64,000 bases of DNA, taken from assembly GCA_951406725.2 (NCBI GenBank), contig OX597820.1:81654001-81718000 (forward strand). Direction: 5' to 3'. Positions 27,127 to 41,185 of this stretch are shown in pieces. The position numbers and the translations under genes were made by a program. This DNA is from Octopus vulgaris (lineage: Eukaryota). How positions within the stretch are numbered: position 1 is the stretch's first letter; each line of letters begins with the position of its first letter. The notes below the pieces were generated by a model. That model had not been told where the DNA came from and made no database searches. It was given only the letters and a program-made list of their open reading frames with translations.

Positions 27127-28030
27127 GGTGCAGTGAATATACTGTCGCTTAAATTACGCAAAAATGAAAATAACATTGACATCTCATTTCAATATATATT
27201 CACCGAAATTACATAGAAATATCTTGAAATACTAAAGAGTAAATTTATTCAATAAAATCGCCATTGGCTTCAACCACACCCTCCGGACGACTCCGGAATC
27301 TCTGCAACTCTTCTGGACGGTCTCCTTGTTTAAGTTGATGAATGCTGCCATACTCCTTACCCTCAGTTCATCTTTGGTGTTATAAGAAGTTTTGTTGGCC
27401 TCTCGCTCAACTGCACACCACACATAATAATCAAGGGGGTTAGGTGGCCAGAGTTACCACACATAATAATCAAAGGGAGTTAGGTGATCAGATGTTACGA
27501 GTGATGTGGTCGCAGAAATTGTCTGACAGCCATGGCTGGATTCTCCTGCTTGTGTGGCATGGTGCAGAGTCCTGTTGGCAGACATAGGGTCTTCCAGCAG
27601 CCACCCTCCTGACCCAGGGCAGCACTATCTCCTCCAGGCATTTGATGTAGGCTTCCGTTTTAGTCTGATGTTGTGGGGAAAGATGAATGGAGGTATACCG
27701 TCGCCATCACTAGTGATCACTCCAAACACCATGATGTTTACTGAATGTTTTGATTTTTATCACTCTCGATACATGATCTCAGATTGCACTGTCTGCAGAT
27801 TGACAACAAAAAACTCTTAAATGTTCGTAATTGAGCTTCCTGCACGAACAATGCAATACAGTATGTCGTTTCCAAATTTCTAGCAGAGTGAATTGCGTCA
27901 TGGTGCTGTTTTTTCTCGCAGACAGTGCCCAACTGACTCTACTTTTCGTGTAGTCGACAAAATCAAAAACAAATAAAGCGCATCCGCGAAATTAAAAATA
28001 TATGGTGACAATTTACTCACCGCATGCTGT
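27123..28030 (-). mobile_element. Tc1/mariner (probably maT/DD37D) decayed transposon
   Basis: QQDSAPCH, PLDYYVW, MVFGVITSDG. Imperfect TIRs CAGGGTGCAGTGAATATACTGTC / GACAATTTACTCACCGCATGCTG. Confidence 0.85.
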
Positions 28031-28180
28031 TTATGTATGTATGTGTATATATATATATATATATACTCATACGCACACATGTAACTAGATACACACATGT
28101 ATATATAATATATATGTATATATATATATATATATATATACTCATACGCACACACGTAACTAGATACACACATGTATATA

Positions 28181-28237
<57 letters not shown>

Positions 28238-28251
28238 TATATATTATATAT

Positions 28252-28317
<66 letters not shown>

Positions 28318-28430
28318 TATATATTCATTCCTATGGTTGACAAGTTCATCATAGGAACCAGGTCAGTGATTTTACATATTTGATCCTTAACCGTGAGTCC
28401 AACAAAGTAATTCGGTTGGACTGACGATTA

Positions 28431-28533
<103 letters not shown>

Positions 28534-28683
28534 GTATGTATCTATCTAAAGGACCAAAGTGTCGTGCTATAATTACTTCATTTGAGCGTTCGGTTTCTCT
28601 TGTGTCATATAAATCAATACTTGTGCCAGCCTCTACACACTTCAAGCCTATGATTGAAAACTTTTAAGCATTTATACCTCAAC

Positions 28684-28759
<76 letters not shown>

Positions 28760-29299
28760 CTCTCTATTTCTTAATCACATTCAAACACAGCACACTCACC
28801 ACATACACATACAACACACACACACAGACGTGCGTCCTCCATCCACAATTTTATGTTTTTTACCGGGCAGATTCTTTCTTGATTACATGGTTGGGCTGTA
28901 CATCGGTTGTATGGTAAAATTAATTACCACGTAACCAAGTCCCAACATCAGCCAAGGTTGTTTACATTCACAAATGATAACGAACTTTTACATATATCTA
29001 ATTCTATTTCAGTCAGAAGTTTAACGTTTTCCCGTCATCAATATTGCAATTTGGCTCAACATATCCTTTTCCATTTTGTTTTTCGATCTGGTTGCAGGTC
29101 AGTTTTCTCTTTTTTTTTTATTTCTATAGTAACGTTGATTGTTTAAATCCAGTTAAAAGTAAGTGGTCGATATAAGCGTTATTATTTATCCTGTTGATAC
29201 AACCGATGTAAAGTTGTACTTATATTATTAGTGAATTTAATTCAATATAAAATTTACACTGTAATTAATAAACTATTCGTGTGCAGGACCTAAAGAAAC

Positions 29300-30300
29300 G
29301 GGAAACTGTTGCGGCATTTGCGCATGTACCTGCTTATCATGAGTTTCAGAGTTGGTGTCTGTGTGACGTTGTTTGAAAGTATTTTTCCCGTTCGTTGGAA
29401 ACAAGTAGTTTTTTGCAGGTTTCATTTTCCTTTCTTTTTGTTTTTTTCTGTGGTTCACCTTCCGCTCTTTATACTATTTCCCAGCCCCTTGCCTCAGCAC
29501 ATGTCTGAGTGGCCTGAAGTTTGGGGTGCATGTTTTGTCAGGGTTTTTAGTTTTGTTCTTTTATTCTTCTCGTGTATGTTTTGGGGCGTCCTGTTGTTGT
29601 TGCTGTTGGTAAAGTGGTAGCTTTTGAGCACGGTGCTTCATTTATTTTGTTTGTTGCTGTTACTTCCATTGCTGATCTTGTAGCTTTTATTATTGTTGTT
29701 GCTGCGGTCGCTGCTGCTTTCACGAGTAAATAATTTTACTGTTACAGCCGTTGTTTTATGTTGTTGGTATTGTGGTTACACGCCACTGTTGGTACTGTTG
29801 CAGCTGTGGTAATGGGGTCGGAAGTAGTGAGGATATTCCTACCCATCCCTTTGCAGTGAACAGGATATTTTAAATGGTTTGTATCACCACATAAGTAAAC
29901 CTTTCTTCTCTCAAACCCCACAAACAATTGCAAGCCATCTGGTAGATTAATCAGATTAGGGATGGTTTCCATACTTTCTTAATCCATTTGGATCAATTAC
30001 ATCATTCCAGCTTTATTTTTACCACTCTTCGTCCAGGATAGATTGGTATGAAGACCAATTCATCATTCCTTAGTGACATTACAGAGTACTTCTTGGCCTT
30101 GTCCTCGATTGGAAATCTCACTTTTCCCTCTAACGACGTATGTTTTGATGACCAACATTGGTTTGAAACACTTGTTACTTTAATTATTTGTCACTTGTTT
30201 TACTTTTCTGCATCTCAGTCCCATACATCTGTTTATGATATTTTCTTCAACTGTGTTTTCTTGAATCTTTTGCGGTATGTTTACAGATACAGTACACCCC
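29300..30300 (-). mobile_element. Decayed L1/Tx1-type ORF1 (gag-like knuckle)
   Basis: ETIPNLINLPDGLQLFVGFERRKVYLCGDTNHLK resembles the Tx1 ORF1 CCHC region, followed by low-complexity T/Q/K-rich sequence. Confidence 0.5.
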
Positions 30301-30699
30301 GATTTACTTCGGAAATGTTTTGCATTTTTCAAGTGCTGCGAAGGTAAAGAAATAGCTTCTTGTATCCAAATCACATCAGTGAACATGCTTTTATTTGGGT
30401 TGTCTGTTATGATGATGTAGTTATTTATGTTTTTAGTACTAAAACAAATTGTGATAGTGGTGGTGGTGATGTCATTGTAAGGTGAGGTCGTTCACACTTG
30501 TAATAATTTGTGGCCTTTTCATTTTTGTTGCTGATGCTGTTGTATCTGACGGCAACGGTGGTGGTAGTGCTCTTTTGGCTTAAGATGAGGAAGACAGCTT
30601 TAAGAGGAATATTCCAATCGCTGTTTACACTCCTCCAGCTTGCTGTCAAATATTTCAACGCCATGCTTTGATTTTTCAATGGGTACTCCAAGAAAAAAT

Positions 30700-31720
30700 T
30701 ACAAATTTCACTATGAAGGGTGAAAACTAAACGGAACTAATCAATCTCTAAGTAATATTGTCAGGAAAATAAGAAAACAACTTACAATGCACAGAAGAAT
30801 GCATTCTCAAGTGGCTGTAAACAGATTATATAGGAAAAGAGCAGCAAGAAGAGGATTTATAAGTATCGAAGAAGTAGTAGAACTAGAAAAGACAAGTTTA
30901 GGCTTAAGAAACACACCTTAAGGAGGTAATAAAGGACTATTAAGTGAATTTGTAAAATCCAATAAGAGAAAACAGAAACACTTGAAAAACAGGAAACGAA
31001 ACTTAACGTGGAAGAAATTTCGTTACGTTTTCCAAAGAAATACTAAAGAGATAAATGATCGCAAGGACAACTAGTTATGAGTTAAATAGGAAGAAGTAAT
31101 GAATAAAGTGATCAAGAGAAAAAGTTTAGCATCACAGAAACAGGCCGTAAGAAAAACTTGGATCAAAGGAATGTTAAATCAGTGGCACTGTTCGCCAAAA
31201 TATAGAAAGTACGATGATTCAGATGATACTACAACTCACTTTGTATCGGAAAGTCCATTGTTGTCTCAGAATGAATATAAAAAGTGGAAGCATGATAGGA
31301 CTGCTGAGTTAATTCACTGGGATTTTTGAAGGAATTTGGTTTTTGCATGCACAGGACAGGGTTAAATCCATTTTGTGCGAATAGAAATGCTCGAGAACGA
31401 CAAAGTGAGGTTGTTGTGGGAGTTTTCTTGACAAACTGCAAAACTATACCATACAATATGATAAGAAACAGTATACTGAAATAGGCGTTGTATGTCCATT
31501 AAAAATTGTATGAAATCCTGAAATCTTGAAATACTGGCAGAAAGAAATTAAAGCTATCATTATCCTGCAAATTATCATTCGAGTCTTGGGAACAATGAGT
31601 AAGAATTTGGAAGCAATGTTTGAAAAACTTTATTTTAATATGTAAGTGGGTGTACTGCAGAAAATATGTGTACTAGATTTAGTCAGAAACAATAATCTGG
31701 AATGTCCACAATTCAAACTA
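30700..31720 (+). mobile_element. Decayed R4/Dong-type LINE 3' region
   Basis: RLYRKRAARRGFISIE, LASQKQAVRK, THFVSESPLLSQNEYKKWKHDRTAELIHW. Confidence 0.7.
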
Positions 31721-32094
31721 AGGGCACATATTAAGAATAGGAAAAAATAACTGTTGTATAGAAGATATAAAATGTTCCTAATTCTTCAACATCAATAGTG
31801 AAAAGCAACAGCTCATCAACGATTATGATAATGAATAATAATATTTCTTTCTTTATTAATTACAAAGGGATTAAAGAAATATAAAAATGCAAAATTTTCA
31901 CGAAGGGTTACATAGAAAGAAAGGATAACGTAGAGTTTGAAAAACAAAAATACATTTACAAATTCCAAAAGGAATAAAAAATGTTATACAATATATGGAA
32001 TGACGTACTAATAAATTAAAAAATATATTTACGTGCATGGTGCATTCCAAAAGTTTACGGACGTTTTCTGAAGAGATATTTATTAATTTCAAAG

Positions 32095-32830
32095 AAGTGT
32101 AAAACTCTGATCTCCTTCAAAATAGGATTCCCTGGCTCCAATGCATTTGCAGCGTTCCAGACACTTCGTGACTGCGCCATAGAAGTCTTCTAAAGTGAAG
32201 GTGTCCAGGACCTTAGATACAGCCTTCTTCATCTACAAAACGGCTCCCCCTGAAGTTCTTCGGCATGAGGAAGAGCCAAGAGTCAGAGGGATCAAGGTCT
32301 GAACTATTTTGATGCTCATCTCTATGAAGTAGTTGGTGATGATCAAGATGCTCATCGCTGAGTACCCTGGGAACAAAATTTTTACATGTTTAAATATTCA
32401 TGAATAATTCTGTGTTCAGTTACCGCACAAACTCCAAACTGTGTGCTAGCTGTCTTTATAGACACGCAACGCTTTTCATCCAGAAGATTGTGAATATTCT
32501 CAACCAGTTCTATTCTTTGTTCGTCTCTCACCAATCTCTACCAATCTCTACCATCTTTAAGCCTCATGTAGCAGTCAAAAAGTTAATCCACATGCAGTCT
32601 GCAGCATTTCATAGGTTTCTGTAGTATTTTTGCTTATTTAATACAAAGCATTATTGCATATCGAGCTTCTAAAAGTCTCTACTATGTTCTGCAGACTAGT
32701 CAGCTGTGATAAGCAGTGTTTAGTGTGGTGTGTTCAAAGTACTGTTACAGCTGTCTCCTTCAATCTGGAATAACAAAAGTTGGCAGGTCAGCTTATTGGA
32801 TGCATAGTAATGAAGTAATGATATACTAAA
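32095..32830 (-). mobile_element. Decayed mariner-like element
   Basis: 3' motif (LERCKCIGARESYFEGD) typical of mariner transposase ends. The rest is heavily degraded. Confidence 0.5.
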
Positions 32831-34949
32831 ATTACAGTAATTTAGTACAGTTTATAAAGTCTCTCCTAAAATAACTGAAGCCTTCTGAAATGAACCTCGT
32901 ATACATACAGTTGTACACACACACACGCACAAACATTCACACACACATATACACACATACACACATACATATACATGCATACGTATACATAAATGTACTT
33001 ACATGTACACACATGCACACGCATGCACACGCATGCACGCGCAAATCCATAGATATACACATACGCAAGTATTTACTCAGATATTGGCACCGAAATAAAA
33101 TGGCATACAATAGAGCAATATATATATATAACAAGAAAGATTTTCTGGTTAGGCTGAATTGGATACTTAATGATTCTTCAAATTATGTTCAAGTGCAACC
33201 AAATGCATTGTTTAGAAAATACCATTATCTTACGGGTATCCTTTTTTTTTCTCAAGTACAATATAAAGTCATAATTTTAATTTTACTAGTAGTTCATCTT
33301 CCGTGAATTGATTAAATTTAAAGCTATACATTTTGTGTCAAGAGATGCGTAAGTTTGTCTATTACTTGTTTGTTTAATTTTTGAAGAACGGTGAATCTTA
33401 GTTCGCTTTGTCTTCATTTTCTTTACCGTTTTACTTGAGGGTGGATTTCATTGTCGTTTAGAACTTTTTTCCTCCCAACTTGTTTTCCTTGTTTTATATT
33501 AAGCCATTTTTGCGTATTCCTCCTTTTTCCCTTCTGTAAATATCTTTCTCAACGTACGATGAAGATGTGATACTTCATTTTCATCACTTATATTTCTACC
33601 ACATCTTCACAGAATCATCCTGTTATTGTACAGGCTGGTACTGTTAATGGTCGATGTATTTGTTCACTGGGCCTAAAGATATGCTATTTGCTACCTCCAG
33701 AGCTTTGGTTGATGATGTTCTCAAAACTGGGAGAGGGTCCTTTTCTTGGCTTAATCTTCCCTGTTATTCGGTGAGATTTACTCTGAGAAATTTGACAACG
33801 AGGTTTTTACCCTATATCATACATCCAATACTGTTTCTCTCGGTGCCTTATATGGGGTACAGTTCTGGCATCGCTCCGTAGACTTCGGGAGTTACGAGAA
33901 ATCGTAAATCCATTTTGGCTCTTCTTGACCACAAATCACCTTTCTTAAGCCCGCTTTGATCACTCTCCCATACTTCGACACAAAAGTCACTTCTTGCCAT
34001 GGGTTTACTTTATGTCCTCTATCTTTTATTGAGTCTTGTGTTTCTTTGACCCATGTCCAGTGCCACAAATGTATAGTCAGCATTACGTTTAACAATTTCA
34101 GCCAGTGGCTGCGATTTCAGTCTTAAAAGCAGAGCAAATAGTGAAAGACAGTGGTACACTTTTGGATTTTGTACGAGTGAGTCACCACAATTCAGATTAA
34201 AGTTATAAAGTACAGTGTGTAACCTGGACAACAGAGATTTAAATATAGAGAATACAGAGATGCCAAACTTGATATCTATATGACACTTTCTGTAACACAC
34301 AACATTTGCTGTCCTGTCGACGTAAAGTACATAGATATTTTCTCTAAATAAAAGACCTTATGAGGGAGTGGAAGGTAGAGGGTTGCAACGAAGTCAAAGT
34401 AGCAAGACAATGGAAGAAAATGTGTGGACGAAATAGGCAAAGGTGGAAGTAGGAATAAAGATAGTCTTGAGGTAGAGACGAGGGCAGAATTGGAGTTGGG
34501 AGGAGGTGACGATCGGGATAAATGTGTTGGGGGTTGAGAGTAGAGGTGAAAGTGGAAGTGATGATAAAGGCGAAGGTGGGGTGGAGAAGCGGGAGGAATG
34601 TCGTAATGCAAAAAAAGAAATGTCGATATTTGACACGTACTGCCAATTTGTTTCTGTTTGACACTTATCAGTAACAACAGCGACAACAACAAATATACCA
34701 ACAACTTCTATACCACTTCTACACCACTATCTTCATAAACATTCTCGCTGTGGACATCTCCTATTTTTTTGTCTTATATATATTGTGTCATCCCATAAAT
34801 AATGAGGATTTTTTTCAATTGCATGAACTAAAAGTCGGAGGGGATGGGATAAATTACCTGCATCAGCTTGCTATAAAAGCAGGTAGTAATTTTAAAACAG
34901 CCTTATTCTTAGTGCAAGTATTGAAGAGTACATTTCGATTTTTACACTT

Positions 34950-35037
34950 TTGGTAGGTATCTTCCACTATAGCTCCGGTACGAACAACGCCTTGTGAGTG
35001 AATTTGTAGAAACCACATGGAAACCGGTCATATGCAT

Positions 35038-35084
<47 letters not shown>

Positions 35085-35295
35085 AGTATATGTGTTTGTG
35101 TACGTATATGTGACTTTGTGTTTGTCTCTCCATACACCGCTTGCAAATCAGTGTTAGTTTGCTTACGTATCTGTAACTCACCGGTTCATTAAAAGATACC
35201 AATTTAATACTACCAGATTTAAACATAAATACTGGGCAATTTGATCGACTAAAACCTTCAAAGCAGGCCGTAGTCCAGTGACTGAAGCAAGCAAA
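34950..35295 (+). mobile_element. SINE (family of 7945-8286), 5'-truncated
   Basis: tcttccactatagctc...ccttgtgagtgaatttgtag, a (TG)(AG) tract, and tail gatcgactaaaaccttca...gtgactgaagcaag. Confidence 0.7.
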
Positions 35296-35701
35296 ATAAT
35301 GAAAGATAATATATATTGGAAGAAATGTTCCACCCTAGCTCCAAATGTTCGACGGGTAGCTATCACTGAGGAGGGGGATTCACGCTGAGACACTATATCT
35401 TATAATCTGCTAACTCCATCTGGAATTCGGTTCGCTGTTATTTTACTCACAAAATCTACAAAATCTATACATTCAAATCTCTATCCGAGACAAAATCTTT
35501 TCATGTAGGTAGTCAAAATGAACCGTTTAAAATTCAATGTGCACATCCTCAACTTCACCCCAATTTATTGGGCAATATTAGTAATTGTTGTAATGCAAAG
35601 CAGGGTCATTGTGTCATATTTTTATAGTTTTACTATTAAATCATAGTAGGATATTCTATGTCTGTGTAATCAGTAATATTTCACTGTTCATATAAAACGA
35701 A

Positions 35702-36541
35702 ATCTGATCACTAAGTATCCGGACTGTTGCCATAGTAACGAAGCAAAATTACGCATAGTAAAGCCGATTGGTAAAGACTGAAATTGAACCCTGCTGTTTA
35801 TAACAGTGCTTGGAAGTAACGTGTGTAGCGTGTGATCGTCGCATTGACTATGGCAGAGAAAGTTGTCATGGAGATACCTGCTCAGAGGCCCACGCAAAGT
35901 TGCAGAAAATGTATGGAGAGGAGTGTTTAAACCGCACACTAGTGTACAAGTGGTTCAGACGTTTCCAAGGTGGGCGGGAAAATATCGATATTGATGAAAC
36001 GTCTAGGAGACCCGCAACCAGTAAAACTGAGAAAAACATCGCAGATATGTGTGCAGCTGTTAGGGGAAATCCTAGAATCACCATCCGTGAGTTATTATAG
36101 GATGTGCAGATTAGTTATGGTTCAGTTCAGTCCATTATCACTGAAGATTTGGGTATGAGACGCGTGTCTGCACAGTTTGTGCCAAAACTACTCTCACTGA
36201 TCAAAATGAAATTTCGGGTTTCAGTTGCAGAAGATCTTGATTGTGACAAGGCGATGAAAACGTTTTGAAAACTTTGCATAGGCCTCTGAGGAGGTATCGC
36301 CAAGCTTTTTTCAAAATTTGCTGCAGATTCTCTGCTCAACTTACTCTGTCATGTTCAATGCGATGAACACAAGCTACACACCTTCCTTCCCAGCACTGGT
36401 GTAAAAATCGAAAGTGAGTTAGAACGTTAAAACTTAGTGCGTATGCACAACAGCGTTCAAGGTCAATCTGTGCCAAGCGACTATACGCTGCGTGCTTTAA
36501 CTTCGTTACAATGGCAACAGACCGGATACTTATTGATCAGA
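35702..36541 (+). mobile_element. Non-autonomous mariner element with HTH remnant
   Basis: TIRs TCTGATCACTAAGTATCCGGACTGTTGCCAT / ATGGCAACAGACCGGATACTTATTGATCAGA. Translates YGEECLNRTLVYKWFRRFQGGRE, PRITIREL and RRVSAQFVPKLL. Confidence 0.9.
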
Positions 36542-36546
36542 CCATG

Positions 36547-36587
<41 letters not shown>

Positions 36588-36651
36588 GGCGGCGCCCCAT
36601 CATGCTACAACTCGTGAGCTGAGACTATATCAAATCAATTCATATATACAC

Positions 36652-36729
<78 letters not shown>

Positions 36730-37083
36730 CGACGGGTAGCTATCACTGAGGAGGGGGATTCACGCTGAGACACTATATCTTATAATCTGCTAACTCCATC
36801 TGGAATTCGGTTCGCTGTTATTTTACTCACAAAATCTACAAAATCTATACATTCAAATCTCTATCCGAGACAAAATCTTTTCATGTAGGTAGTCAAAATG
36901 AACCGTTTAAAATTCAATGTGCACATCCTCAACTTCACCCCAATTTATTGGGCAATATTAGTAATTGTTGTAATGCAAAGCAGGGTCATTGTGTCATATT
37001 TTTATAGTTTTACTATTAAATCATAGTAGGATATTCTATGTCTGTGTAATCAGTAATATTTCACCTGTTCATATAAAACGAAA

Positions 37084-37568
37084 TCTGATCACTAAGTATC
37101 CGGACTGTTGCCATAGTAACGAAGCAAAATTACGCATAGTAAAGCCGATTGGTAAAGACTGAAATTGAACCCTGCTGTTTATAACAGTGCTTGGAAGTAA
37201 CGTGTGTAGCGTGTGATCGTCGCATTGACTATGGCAGAGAAAGTTGTCATGGAGATACCTGCTTGATTGTGACAAGGCGATGAAAACGTTTTGAAAACTT
37301 TGCATAGGCCTCTGAGGAGGTATCGCCAAGCTTTTTTCAAAATTTGCTGCAGATTCTCTGCTCAACTTACTCTGTCATGTTCAATGCGATGAACACAAGC
37401 TACACACCTTCCTTCCCAGCACTGGTGTAAAAATCGAAAGTGAGTTAGAACGTTAAAACTTAGTGCGTATGCACAACAGCGTTCAAGGTCAATCTGTGCC
37501 AAGCGACTATACGCTGCGTGCTTTAACTTCGTTACAATGGCAACAGACCGGATACTTATTGATCAGAC
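37084..37568 (+). mobile_element. Duplicated, further deleted copy of the mariner element
   Basis: Same TIRs. The HTH-coding segment is missing. Confidence 0.9.
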
Positions 37569-37572
37569 CATG

Positions 37573-37607
<35 letters not shown>

Positions 37608-37671
37608 GGCGGCGCCCCATCATGCTACAACTCGTGAGCTGAGACTATATCAAATCAATTCATATATACAC

Positions 37672-37731
<60 letters not shown>

Positions 37732-37738
37732 TATAATG

Positions 37739-37769
<31 letters not shown>

Positions 37770-38049
37770 TCCAAAAGAGGTTGTTAATCCAATGAACTAA
37801 GGGATAATATATATCCAATATGCTACCAATATACTACTGGTATAAAACCCAATTATTAATACTCAAGTGGTTTTTTTTGTTATTTTTGTATGAAAATTAC
37901 ACTACTGAATGTAATAAATGGGTGAGGGTAAAAAACTTACTTACCCTTAATTTATACAGCAATAAGAAGATGAAGGGTATCAAGAGGTGCTATTCATCAA
38001 CTTTTAGGTATTATATTAAGTCTATATATTTATTTTTTAATAAAAGCAT

Positions 38050-39018
38050 TATAACAATATACATACATGTATAGCCTAATATGCTTTACATATACAACAA
38101 ATAAAAAATACCAGTAATTAGTAAAATATATAACGTAGATAACAAAGGATAGGATAATATCTTACAGATGTTTCAGCTTATGAATAAATACAAAAGTAGC
38201 AACAATAGTAATATATATTCACCGATACATAGATGTATATAATTATAGCTAATTTAATATATACCTTCTTTTATATATATATAGCTATCTATATATCTGC
38301 ATAATTATCATATATTATATAATACAATATAGTATAGCAACAATAATAATGATAACTAATAATAGTTATTATTATCATTATTATTATTATTATTATTATT
38401 ATGTCAATAGGTGTGTTTTAATATTAGGTCGAGTGGTATTTGGAAAAAGTATGTCCAATTTTATGAAGACAGGAAACATTGCGTTCCTTAAAGCTGTTAA
38501 CAACTGGAATTTTTGTCCCAATAAAAAAAAAAATTTCGTTAATACATAACAAATATTTTCTATTTTTAGTATTATATGCCGATGCTGATGTTAAAATTTT
38601 CCAATTTAAATTATAGTTAATTCCCCCATTCTTAAGTTCCCATATGTAGCTACTTAACCCTGGAGAATTTCTCCTACTTCTGTTTCTAAATGTATAGTTA
38701 TGATAATTAAGTCTCTGTTTCATATTGTTTTTTGTCGCACCCACATATATCTTGCTGTCATATTGTATACTTACTATGCATTGATATACTACTTCCTTTC
38801 TAATGCCGTTATTATTAAATACACAATTACTTATTCTACAATCACATGTTCTGCGTGGCTGTACAGGGTTTATGTTATTGGGATTAACAACTATTATATT
38901 ATTAGATATGTGGCTATTGTTGATCCTAATAATGTTACTATTGCTTATATTATTGTAATCAATAGTGTTAGTATTAATATCATTATTATTTACACTTACA
39001 TTATTGCTGCTGTTGTTG

Positions 39019-39071
<53 letters not shown>

Positions 39072-39084
39072 GTTGTTGTTGTTG

Positions 39085-39164
<80 letters not shown>

Positions 39165-39633
39165 TATGTTTGTATTACTTCTGTTATTTTTTCTACTTAG
39201 AAAGTACCCAGTTTTCTATTTTAAATTGTGATGGTGGTAGCTAGGTTGTGTATTAGACTGTATCCTATTCTTATTTTTGTTATTGAATATCTCCAATATT
39301 TGTTTTTTTTCTTTTGTAAAATGTTTATTTATTAAACTAAAAATTGTTTTTACTATGTTATTTTTGATTTGAATAGCGAAAGGGATTATTAGCCATAAAG
39401 TATCTATTTCGCTCTTTCCCTTATGAGGGTTATTTATATTATATGTAAGTTCTCTGTTATTTTATTTTTATCTATATATTTAATTACACTATTTTTGTTA
39501 TAATTTTTTCTATAATTACTAATGGTTTTATTATTATTTTTATTATTATTTTTGTTGTTGTTATTATTGTTATTATGTCTATTATTACTATTATTATTTC
39601 TTATGGGTTGTCTTATCGTATTTGTAATAATTC

Positions 39634-39697
<64 letters not shown>

Positions 39698-41185
39698 CAT
39701 TATTATCATTATTATTATTATTTTTAAAGTTTCAGCTCAGAGCTGCGGCCATGCTGATGCACCGCCGTTTTGCGCTACACTGTTATTACTAGGAGCCTCC
39801 TCCAATATGTGGCACTTGATGAAGAATGGAGTTTGATATAGCTACCCTTATTTGCACCTCTTGCCGTGAGGTAGGCTCATCTGGGACTCTCGACAGGAAC
39901 AGGTCCAGCTTTGATTTAAAAACCCTTACATCTACTTTGTGCAAGTTTCTCAGACTCTTTGGGAGAATATTAAAAAGCTGTGGGCCCTTGAAACCCAGGC
40001 TGTTGCAGTAACTGGTCCTGAAGCGTGATGGCATTGCTGGGATCTTTGGCACCATGCAGTGTCGTCCTGTTCTGGCATTGGTGTAGCTTTCAATGCCAAA
40101 ATTTGGCACAATTCCTTCCAGGATCTTCCAGATATATATTACTGCATACCTCTCCCGTCTTCTCTTCAGGGAACAGAGTCTTAGCTGTTTCAACCTTTCC
40201 CAGAAGCTGAGCTGTTGCAAAGAGACGATCTTCTTTGTGAATCTTCTCTGGATTGTTTCAATGTCCGCTGTTAATCTCACACTGGTGGGTGACCATAGCT
40301 GTGAGCAGTAATCCAGGCGGCTGATGACGAATGTCCGCCAGAGGACCACCATGGTTTCCTTATCTCTGGTTCTGAATGTTCTTAGGATCCACCCAGCCAG
40401 TCGTCTGCACTTTGTCGCCATCCTGGTAATGTGCACTTGGAAAGAGGTATCATCCCTCATGTCGATACCCAGGTCCCTCACTTATTATTATTATTGTTGT
40501 TGTTGTTGTTGTTGTTGTTATGTTTATATTTATACTTGGTAATGTTATGCTTGTCTAAATTTTGTGGGTTGGAGGTAGTTTCCTTATCTTGGCTATTATA
40601 CTTAATATTATTGGGGAGGTGTTTAATTTTACCGTTATATCCTGCATTTTTTAGTGCTACATTGTATTTTTATATTGTTTATCAAATATCTCTTCATTAG
40701 AGGGGAGGTTTGAAATTCGTTTACATATATTTAGTTGTAGGGCTTTTTTGCGAGAGGTGGTTACTAGAATTATTTATATATCTTAATGTAGAGTTGTTGT
40801 ATTTTTTATATAAGGCTCATGGAGTCCTGTATTTAGGTTACAATTTACATCTAAATAGTTTATAGAATAGTTTTCGTTTGCTATAATTATGGATAAGTCA
40901 AATCTATTAAAGAATTTATGCAAACGTTTTTTCAGCAGTTCAAGCCGTTTATTCGAAAGGGTCTTAACTATGTCAGATTGCATGGAGTTTACCTATATCA
41001 CTGTTGCATGGAGAATTACAATTAATGCACTCTATCGGAGAATACATTTTAAGCATAATTTTAGCGATAAACAACAAATTAGTGAACTAACTTATACGGT
41101 CACTTTTGTTATTTTGTCCCTTATTCGAATTTGGTCCGAATAACTTCCATCATATATTTTTAACCATATATCACCGTATGATTTA
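38050..41185 (-). mobile_element. Decayed Naiad-like PLE interrupted by (AAT)n tracts, a CR1 LINE and, at its upstream edge, a Helitron
   Basis: RT INYLDVNCNLNTGLHEPYIK (40783-40983). GIY-YIG YVGATKNNMKQRLNYH..LSSYIWELK..WKIL (38424-38750). Terminal segment with GAAACATCTGTA. Confidence 0.8.
39729..40481 (-). mobile_element. 5'-truncated CR1/L2-group LINE (open 230-aa ORF2 C-terminus plus 3'UTR)
   Basis: RDLG...SRLDYCSQLWSP...IQRRFTK...ERLKQL...FNILP...FKSKLD. Confidence 0.9.

Larger units (their letters stand above)
35345..37770 (+). repeat. Near-identical tandem duplication (35345-~36720 and 36725-~37770)
   Basis: Both copies start atgttcgacgggtagctatc. Copy 2 lacks about 355 bp and has a 1-bp insertion. 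Confidence 0.97.

Noticed and set aside
33300-34330. Moderately GC-rich block with short ORFs
   Set aside because: Probably a decayed element, but no diagnostic motif was found.
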